DNA from: an uncultured archaeon
GTDB lineage: Archaea; Altiarchaeota; Altiarchaeia; IMC4; SCGC-AAA252-I15
NCBI GenBank assembly: GCA_964587725.1
Contig: CAZPLO010000011.1
Location: 1 to 13,111, forward strand
Direction: 5' to 3'
Length of the DNA stretch: 13,111 nt
The notes under the pieces were generated by a model. It saw only the letters and a list, made by a program, of their open reading frames with translations. It was not told where the DNA came from and searched no databases. The translations under genes and the position numbers were made by a program. Of this stretch, positions 1 through 5,697 are shown piece by piece. Positions within the stretch are counted from its first letter, which is position 1. Each line of letters begins with the position of its first letter.

Positions 1-234
1 ATTGTAGCGGCCGACCAGTGCATACCGCCTGTGGCTGGGAACTGGACGGTCAACACCACATGCAACATAGTCGACACATTATATGATGTGCCCGCGCACC
101 TGATAATACAGGGCTCCGGCGTCGTGAACCTTACGGGCACCACCAACCTGAACTTCACCGACACCGCGCAGAAGATATACATCTGGTCCGGCGGCGCGTT
201 CAGAGTAGGGTCCGGCAGCGGAATAAACAAGTAA
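1..234 (+). CDS. 3' end (partial) of a probable secreted/surface protein; beta-rich C-terminal domain
   Basis: Frame 1 is open from base 1 (IVAADQCIPPVAGNWTVNTTCNIVDT...GSGSGINK*). It is Thr/Asn/Gly-rich with several N-x-T sequons (NWT, NTT, NLT, NFT) and a Cys pair, has GC-rich codon usage, and is followed by a T-rich tract. The product is inferred. Confidence 0.7.
   Translation: MVAADQCIPPVAGNWTVNTTCNIVDTLYDVPAHLIIQGSGVVNLTGTTNLNFTDTAQKIYIWSGGAFRVGSGSGINK
156..234 (+). repeat. Direct repeat copy 1 (79 bp), the functional 3' end of the upstream gene
   Basis: caccgacaccgcgcagaagatatacatctggtccggcggcgcgttcagagtagggtccggcagcggaataaacaagtaa; encodes TDTAQKIYIWSGGAFRVGSGSGINK*. Confidence 0.97.
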
Positions 235-239
235 CCCAG

Positions 240-290
240 ATTATTGTTAATTATCCCGTTTTTTTATTATTTATTGTTGTTTTTGTTTCA
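240..290 (+). terminator. T-rich archaeal terminator-like tract
   Basis: Several oligo-T runs directly after the stop codon at 234. Confidence 0.5.
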
Positions 291-320
291 ATTATTGGGT
301 GGCTCAGGGGAAACAACAAC

Positions 321-351
321 CTTTTAAATCCATGTTAACTATATTTAACAT
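321..351 (+). promoter_or_regulatory. TATA box plus palindromic operator candidate upstream of the ATPase
   Basis: cttttaaa at 321-328 is preceded by an A-rich stretch; a perfect inverted repeat ATGTTAA-N6-TTAACAT lies at 332-351. Confidence 0.55.
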
Positions 352-370
352 AAAATCGATATTGGGTTAA

Positions 371-1630
371 GTGGATATGCCGGAAATTAATGAGGCTCTG
401 CGGGATTTCAACCCCTGGTGGAAGAGAGAGTTCACGGTAGAGTTCAGGGAAAGAGACGTCTACACAGAAATCAGAAAGTTCATGCACCTGCGGCAGATAA
501 TAGCCGTCACCGGACTACGGAGGGTTGGGAAAACAACCCTGATGCTTAAACTAGCAGAGGACGCGATAGCCGATGGCATAGGCCCGCGAAACATAATCTA
601 CCTCTCCTTTGACGAATTCAGGGATGTGGAGGTAAGGACGGTCATTAAAGAATATGAAAAGCTAATGGAGAAAAACATCAGAGACGGGGAATACCTACTC
701 CTACTGGATGAAATACAGAAACTTAGCGACTGGGAGAACCAGATAAAAACAATCTACGACACCTTCGGGAAAAACATTAAAATAATACTCTCCGGGTCAG
801 AGTCCCTGTTCATAAAACAGAAGTCAAAGGAGACACTCGCCGGCAGAATATTCGAGTTCAAAGTCGAACAACTATCATTCAGGGAATTCCTCGCATTCAA
901 AGAAACCGAGTACGAACCCATAGGGCTCTACGAGAGAGAATTATCCCGGTTATTCAACGAATACACCCTAACCCTCGGCTTCCCGGAACTAGTCGGCGTC
1001 AAAGAAAAAGATGTCATAAGGAAATACATCCAAGAAAACATAATCGAAAAAGTCGTCTACAGAGACATACAACAGCTGTTCAACGTCAGAGACATATCCC
1101 TGGTGGAGTCCCTGATGAACATACTCATCGAGGAACCCGGGCAGTTACTACAGATTTCGGATTTAGCTAAGGAACTGAAGATTTCACGACAGACTCTCTC
1201 AAACTACCTAACATACTTGGAGGAATCCTTCCTCGTCAAAAAACTATATAACTTCTCGAGAAACAGGAGGAAAGCGGAGAGAAAACTGAAAAAATACTAT
1301 CCTGCCGTAATCTCAACCAACCTACTATTCAAGGAAGACAGTCAATCCAAATCGAAGGTGTTTGAGTGGCTGGCAGTCAACCAACTTAAGGCAGAATTCT
1401 TCTGGAGAGACCCGTATAAAAATGAGGTTGACGTGGTCAAAGCCAACCAAAAAATCCTCCCCATCGAGATCAAATACGGGAAAACAGACGACAAAGGCTT
1501 AATAGCGTTCATGGAAAAATTCAAGGCAGACGAAGGGATAATACTATCAGCAGACAAAGAAGAAGAACGGAAAATCAACGGGAAAAAAATCTCCACCATA
1601 CCTGCCTTTAAATACCTGTTGTCTGCATAA
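371..1630 (+). CDS. AAA_14 / DUF4143-type ATP-binding protein (COG1373-like; ATPase + HTH + C-terminal PD-(D/E)xK-like domain)
   Basis: N-terminal NPWW, Walker A GLRRVGKTT, Walker B LLLLDEIQ, LSGS and LAGR motifs, GFPE, HTH-like LAKELKISRQTLSNYLTYLEESFL, and C-terminal EVDVV...PIEIK. The start may be ATG 377. Confidence 0.92.
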   Translation: MDMPEINEALRDFNPWWKREFTVEFRERDVYTEIRKFMHLRQIIAVTGLRRVGKTTLMLKLAEDAIADGIGPRNIIYLSFDEFRDVEVRTVIKEYEKLMEKNIRDGEYLLLLDEIQKLSDWENQIKTIYDTFGKNIKIILSGSESLFIKQKSKETLAGRIFEFKVEQLSFREFLAFKETEYEPIGLYERELSRLFNEYTLTLGFPELVGVKEKDVIRKYIQENIIEKVVYRDIQQLFNVRDISLVESLMNILIEEPGQLLQISDLAKELKISRQTLSNYLTYLEESFLVKKLYNFSRNRRKAERKLKKYYPAVISTNLLFKEDSQSKSKVFEWLAVNQLKAEFFWRDPYKNEVDVVKANQKILPIEIKYGKTDDKGLIAFMEKFKADEGIILSADKEEERKINGKKISTIPAFKYLLSA

Positions 1631-1647
1631 GAACCTAACCTCCACTC

Positions 1648-1726
1648 CACCGACACCGCGCAGAAGATATACATCTGGTCCGGCGGCGCGTTCAGGATAG
1701 GCTCCGGCAGCGGAATAAACAAGTAA
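1648..1726 (+). repeat. Direct repeat copy 2 (79 bp), orphan gene 3' end
   Basis: 76/79 identical to copy 1 (aga gta ggg -> agg ata ggc). Weaker similarity extends 11 bp further left (aacctccactc vs aacctgaactt). Confidence 0.97.
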
Positions 1727-1729
1727 GTA

Positions 1730-1773
1730 CTTTTTAAGGGGGTTATCATCAATATTAATGTACGGTACGTTAA
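1730..1773 (+). promoter_or_regulatory. Putative promoter/operator of hicBA
   Basis: ctttttaag TATA-like box at 1730-1738; near-perfect inverted repeat TTAATGTAC-G-GTACGTTAA at 1755-1773, just before the ATG. Confidence 0.45.
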
Positions 1774-1774
1774 A

Positions 1775-1996
1775 ATGTTGGTGAAGGTTGAGAGTTACTT
1801 CGACGGCGAATACTGGTGTGCCAGGGGTATAGGGGCGGACTTTTTTACTCAAGGCAAAACCCTGGATGAGCTGATGGACAATATACGGGAGGCTGCCGCC
1901 CTTCATTTCGAGGAAAAACTGAAACAGCATAAATCACTCAATATACTGGTTCTATCAGAGACAGAGGTAGACAGTGCCAAAGTTGCCGCAGGTTAG
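1775..1996 (+). CDS. hicB: HicB-family antitoxin (short form, no obvious C-terminal DNA-binding domain)
   Basis: DGEYWCA...FTQGKTLDELMDNIREAAALHFE matches the HicB partial RNase H fold motif; overlaps the downstream hicA by 23 nt. Confidence 0.88.
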   Translation: MLVKVESYFDGEYWCARGIGADFFTQGKTLDELMDNIREAAALHFEEKLKQHKSLNILVLSETEVDSAKVAAG

Positions 1997-2222
1997 TGGA
2001 AAAAAGCTAATCAAACTTCTAACAAGTTTAGACTATGTTGTGGTGAGACAGCGTGGAAGCCACATCAGACTGAAGAAAAGCAGTAAAACAGGGCCGCATA
2101 GCATCACGGTACCCTTACATGAAACTCTCGCTAAAGGAACACTGACTGACATCCTCTCCAAAATAAGCATATGGAATGAAATGCCTAAAGAGAATCTCCT
2201 TAACATGCTCAAGAAACTCTAA
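1974..2222 (+). CDS. hicA: HicA-family mRNA interferase toxin
   Basis: MPKLPQVSGKKLIKLL...VRQRGSHIRL...ITVPLHETLAKGTLTDIL; contains the conserved GSH catalytic motif and VPxH. Confidence 0.93.
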   Translation: MPKLPQVSGKKLIKLLTSLDYVVVRQRGSHIRLKKSSKTGPHSITVPLHETLAKGTLTDILSKISIWNEMPKENLLNMLKKL

Positions 2223-2239
2223 ACTGATAGTCCACCCTC

Positions 2240-2318
2240 CACCGACACCGCGCAGCGGATATACGTCTGGTCCGGCGGCGCGCTGAGGATAGGGTCGGAC
2301 AGCAGAATAAACAAGTGA
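2240..2318 (+). repeat. Direct repeat copy 3 (79 bp), most diverged orphan gene 3' end
   Basis: 68/79 identical to copy 1 and 69/79 to copy 2, no indels; encodes TDTAQRIYVWSGGALRIGSDSRINK* with a TGA stop. Confidence 0.95.
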
Positions 2319-2368
2319 TTTTTTGAAATAGTTTAAACTTTTGTTTAAATAATTTATAAAATACTTTT
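2319..2368. other. Very AT-rich tract (terminator of the displaced gene end and/or duplex-unwinding-like element)
   Basis: ttttttgaaatagtttaaacttttgtttaaataatttataaaatactttt directly follows copy 3. Confidence 0.45.
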
Positions 2369-2463
2369 CCACCGCTCTCTACCGCAAACTACTTTTAAAG
2401 AAACGAGAATGACTTACCGTACCCCGTGTGGTTGGCTGAATTCATCACAATCCACTTGGATCC

Positions 2464-2606
2464 GGGGTATAGGAGGACACAAAAAATGCAGTACATCGGA
2501 AGAACCGACATGGACGCGCCATCAGGGCCAAGGGTTTGGGGACGCAGATACGTCTACAACAGACTCGGCTTCGAGCCAAGCTTCATCTAAACCCCCCCTA
2601 TACCCC
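2464..2606. repeat. Inverted repeat bracketing the small ORF
   Basis: GGGGTATAGGAGG (2464-2476) is complementary to CCCCCTATACCCC (2594-2606) at 12/13 positions, 10 of them contiguous. Confidence 0.8.
2486..2590 (+). CDS. Unannotated small protein, 34 aa (MQYIGRTDMDAPSGPRVWGRRYVYNRLGFEPSFI)
   Basis: Strong SD AGGAGG at 2471-2476, A-rich spacer, ATG 2486, TAA 2588-2590. Uses host-like C-ending codons (tac, atc, gac, aac, ttc). TATA-like cttttaaa lies at 2392-2399. Confidence 0.55.
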   Translation: MQYIGRTDMDAPSGPRVWGRRYVYNRLGFEPSFI

Positions 2607-2642
2607 ACCATTATTTCTTTAAAGACGATGAATACATACGTG

Positions 2643-3752
2643 ATGAAACCCAGGGACATACTCCTGGCTGAGGAGACGCTGTTCAGGAACGAGGAAGTGT
2701 TCACCCCCGCCTACGTGCCTGAAGACTTCATACACCGGGACAGCCAGCTCAAGGAAATATCATTATCCCTGAAGCCGGGGCTACGGGGCGTGAACCCCGT
2801 CAACACCCTCATCCACGGCCCCCCCGGCACCGGTAAGACGACGGCCGTGAAATACCTGTTCAACGAAGTCAACAAAGTATCGGGGAAACTAGTGACAGTC
2901 TACGTGAACTGCGACGACTACAACACCCGCTTCAGCGTATTCTCCAGAATACACGAGGCCGTCTACGGCCACACGCCCCCGGACACGGGGAAGCCGTTGA
3001 ACGCGGTCAAGGAGAAGGTGTTCAGGAAACTCCAGAAGGAAGACAAAACCCTGGTCGTAGCGTTGGACGAGATAGACCAGCTGTTCCTCAACAAAACAGT
3101 CGACAAACTCATGCTGGACCTGCTGAAGGCGCACACAACCTACGGATACGACAAAATAGGCATCATCGGAGTCCTCATAGACGACTCCCTCCTGCTCGAC
3201 CTCGACCCGAAGGCGGCGAGCGTCTTCAACCCAGTGAAGGTCTACTTCCCCCCGTACGACCACCGGGAAGTCTCCGACATACTCGGGGTGAGGGTGAAAT
3301 ACGGCCTCTACGACGGCGTACTCCCCAAAGACCTGTTCGAGTACGCGGTCGACAAGACCGTTGAAGCCGGCGACCTCCGCCTGGGCATAGACCTGATAAA
3401 GAAGGCGGCGCTGCTGGCTGAACGCGACGCATCCAAGAAGATAACGCTGGAGCACATGGAAGAGGCCTACGAAGGCGGCAGCAAAACCCTTAACCTCGTG
3501 AAGGCTGTTTCATCGCTCGACGACACCGAAAAAGCCCTTCTTAAGGTGGTTTCAGAGCACGACGGCGCCCGTTCCGGCGAAGTGCAGAAGGCGTTAAAGG
3601 AGGTTACGGGCACGGGCGTGAAAAAATACAATCAGATGATTGCGAAGCTGGAGCACATCGGTTTGATAGAGACGGTGCCTGTGAAAGGCCGCGGCCAGAG
3701 CAGGGAGATACGGTTGAAATACTCTGCGGAAGACATTGTAGAAGCCATTTGA
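2643..3752 (+). CDS. cdc6: ORC1/Cdc6-type DNA replication initiation protein
   Basis: ETLFRNEEVFTPAYVPEDFIHRD, Walker A GPPGTGKT, YVNC, Walker B VVALDEID, FPPY, sensor-2 GDLR, C-terminal winged helix (GRGQSREI). Start set at ATG 2643 because TATA tttaaa lies about 25 nt upstream; ATG 2628 is an alternative. The 2409 extension does not look coding. Confidence 0.95.
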   Translation: MKPRDILLAEETLFRNEEVFTPAYVPEDFIHRDSQLKEISLSLKPGLRGVNPVNTLIHGPPGTGKTTAVKYLFNEVNKVSGKLVTVYVNCDDYNTRFSVFSRIHEAVYGHTPPDTGKPLNAVKEKVFRKLQKEDKTLVVALDEIDQLFLNKTVDKLMLDLLKAHTTYGYDKIGIIGVLIDDSLLLDLDPKAASVFNPVKVYFPPYDHREVSDILGVRVKYGLYDGVLPKDLFEYAVDKTVEAGDLRLGIDLIKKAALLAERDASKKITLEHMEEAYEGGSKTLNLVKAVSSLDDTEKALLKVVSEHDGARSGEVQKALKEVTGTGVKKYNQMIAKLEHIGLIETVPVKGRGQSREIRLKYSAEDIVEAI

Positions 3753-3790
3753 ACACTGTTTTTAAACCTGTTTCTCAGATACATTACAGG

Positions 3791-4441
3791 ATGCCCCAAC
3801 CGCATGTTACACTGACTTCGTCAGCCAGCTTAGACGGCAGAGCAGACCCAGAGAGACCAGCCCTCCTCTCCAATCGCCTGGAAGAGTACAGGGTGCAGTC
3901 GCTCCGCGGCAACTCCGACGCCATAGTAACCAGCGCCGCCAAGGTGATGCGGGAGAACCCGGAGTTCCCTGTCAAGGACGTCCTCAACGGCGAACCTGCG
4001 GTTGTGGTGGTGGACAAGAACGCGGAGACGCCGCCGGATGCGGAGGTGTTCAAAAACCACGCACGGAAGGTCGTCCTCGTAACCTCCAAAAAATCGTCTA
4101 AAGCCCGCATAAAGAGGATTCAGGAGAAACGCCCCGACATAGAGGTGCTGGAGCTCGGCGAGTTCGCGGTGAACCTGGAGGACATGCTGTGGGAGCTCCA
4201 CCGCGCAGGCCTCCGCAACCTGCTGATGGAAGGCGACATAGGCTTGAACATGCGGATGCTCGACCACGGCCTCGTCGACGAAATCTACCTGATGGTCGCC
4301 CCCGTACTCCTGGGGGAACAGTATCCGGCGGTGTTCGAGGGGAAGCTGGACCGCCGCACGGACCTGCAGCTGGACGGGATACTCCAGTACGGAGACCACG
4401 TCGTATTACACTACATGGTCGCCTCCCGGGGAAGGCGCTAG
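3791..4441 (+). CDS. RibD C-terminal/DHFR-fold reductase (ArfC/Rib7-like pyrimidine reductase homologue)
   Basis: PHVTLTSSASLDG, LRGNSDAIV, LLMEG, GLVDEIYLMVAPVLLG. TATA ttttaaa at about 3760 supports the ATG 3791 start. Confidence 0.85.
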   Translation: MPQPHVTLTSSASLDGRADPERPALLSNRLEEYRVQSLRGNSDAIVTSAAKVMRENPEFPVKDVLNGEPAVVVVDKNAETPPDAEVFKNHARKVVLVTSKKSSKARIKRIQEKRPDIEVLELGEFAVNLEDMLWELHRAGLRNLLMEGDIGLNMRMLDHGLVDEIYLMVAPVLLGEQYPAVFEGKLDRRTDLQLDGILQYGDHVVLHYMVASRGRR

Positions 4442-5661
4442 CCGACTGCGATGTTCGGGTAATCCAGGACATACAATACTGCCGCGGCCGCAACCACCAA
4501 TGCAACCAGCGGCACCAGCATCCTGTACACGTTCTTGAAGTCTCCGCCATAGTACTCCCTGCTCAGCACCAGACACAGGTGGACCGGCGAAAGCATAACC
4601 CCCATGAACCCGCCCACGTACGCGAGCATGAACAAACTGAAGTCGAATCCACCGTCGGATATGAACACCGCCAGCAGCGGAAACGTCGTCCCAACATATG
4701 CGGCGGTGTAGCCGACCAGCAGCCCGATGATGAATGGGAGGGCGAACACGATGAACGCCACGGGTATATTGTATTCCATGAACAGCCCCGGCAGGGTGTC
4801 TGCGGCGTGGCTTTCCTCTATCACGGCCTTGAAAAACATCACCCCCAATATCAAAACAGTCAGATTCAATGTGATGCTCTCCCGGAAGACCACGTCCCTG
4901 AACCCGCGGAAGAACCGGGACTGCAGGAACAACACCAACAAGACGGCGAGCAACGCAACCACCAAATGTATGCCCAACAGTATGTTCACGGTTATGACGG
5001 CCGCGACAGGCCACACCGCCGCAGCCAGTTCACCGAGGTTCCGGACCGCGTCGCCGGACCACGCCCGCTCATGGCGTATGCCCCGCAGAAGCAGGTAATA
5101 CCCCACTGCAACGGCTATGACGTTCAACAGTCCGTTGCTCAATATGATGTCCCTGAAGGTTATCCCGAATATGGTGGTGCTCAGTATGATGCCCGGATAC
5201 AGGGGAAACGTGTACTCCCAGATGTGTCGGAACCAGTAGTTCACCAGCGTCTTCACGTCCGGGTTCAACCCGACCTTGTCGGCGACCTCCCCCGTCAGCG
5301 GCGCCGACAGCATGGCGCCGCCGGGCATGGGCATCAACCCTATGAACGCCGGAACAGCAGCCAACACCACCCGCACGTCCCCCACCAGCTTCTCCAGCGC
5401 CTCCACTGTCCGGTGTAGGTTTTCCATGTGCTTCAACACAGCCCCCAGCAGGGTTATCAACAACACCATCGCCAGCAGCTCCAGGGTCTCCAAGCCGGTG
5501 GAGGAGTCGAAGGCGGTCGCAGCCAATTCCCACGCGCCCATGCCGAACAGCAGCGCCAGCGCCACGCCGCCGGCGAACAACGTAACACCCACGTTCACGC
5601 CCTTCCGTATAAGAGCCACTAGGAGGCCGAAAACCGCGATTAATTTGAGTAAAACAAGCAT
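4438..5661 (-). CDS. DUF401-like multi-pass membrane protein (ion transporter superfamily-like)
   Basis: 407 aa, highly hydrophobic; motifs IGLMPMPGGAMLSAP, NYWFRHIWEYTFPLYPG, GVMLSPVHLCLVLSREYY. Confidence 0.88.
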   Translation of the reverse strand: MLVLLKLIAVFGLLVALIRKGVNVGVTLFAGGVALALLFGMGAWELAATAFDSSTGLETLELLAMVLLITLLGAVLKHMENLHRTVEALEKLVGDVRVVLAAVPAFIGLMPMPGGAMLSAPLTGEVADKVGLNPDVKTLVNYWFRHIWEYTFPLYPGIILSTTIFGITFRDIILSNGLLNVIAVAVGYYLLLRGIRHERAWSGDAVRNLGELAAAVWPVAAVITVNILLGIHLVVALLAVLLVLFLQSRFFRGFRDVVFRESITLNLTVLILGVMFFKAVIEESHAADTLPGLFMEYNIPVAFIVFALPFIIGLLVGYTAAYVGTTFPLLAVFISDGGFDFSLFMLAYVGGFMGVMLSPVHLCLVLSREYYGGDFKNVYRMLVPLVALVVAAAAVLYVLDYPNIAVG

Positions 5662-5697
5662 CCCTATTTATTACTCCCTGGAGTAAAATATACTGCC
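5662..5697. promoter_or_regulatory. Compact divergent promoter with central palindrome
   Basis: 36-bp gap between two divergent ATGs; TTACTCC-CT-GGAGTAA at 5671-5686, flanked by AT-rich boxes. Confidence 0.55.

Noticed and set aside
1633-1775. Canonical integron attC site (ACCTAAC = RYYYAAC right after the ATPase stop; GTTAAGT at 366-372)
   Set aside because: No paired L boxes or extended hairpin can be drawn, and the hicA junction lacks an equivalent RYYYAAC. Possibly chance, though an attC covariance-model scan would settle it.
156-2318. Diversity-generating retroelement (VR/TR pair at a gene 3' end)
   Set aside because: Mismatches are not adenine-specific whichever copy is taken as template (G/C and T/C differences are present), and no reverse transcriptase is in the window.
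156-2318. CRISPR array
   Set aside because: The repeats are 79 bp, protein-coding in origin, and separated by whole genes of unequal length; no cas genes are present.
2464-2606. MITE with GGGGTATAGG terminal inverted repeats
   Set aside because: There is no target-site duplication (atcc vs acca flanks) and only one copy in the window. The match at about 1824 lies within hicB codons. The SD/ORF organisation explains it better, although a genome-wide copy search would be needed to exclude it fully.
2409-2642. N-terminal extension of Cdc6 in the ORF track (447 aa)
   Set aside because: It is low-complexity and not Cdc6-like. It spans a TATA box, inverted repeats and a better-supported small ORF in another frame.
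4189-5418. 409-aa plus-strand ORF and other long overlapping ORFs (e.g. 2889-3455, 5671-6420, 11642-12145)
   Set aside because: These are shadow frames antisense to or overlapping well-supported GC-rich genes, with Arg/His/Gln-biased composition and no motifs.
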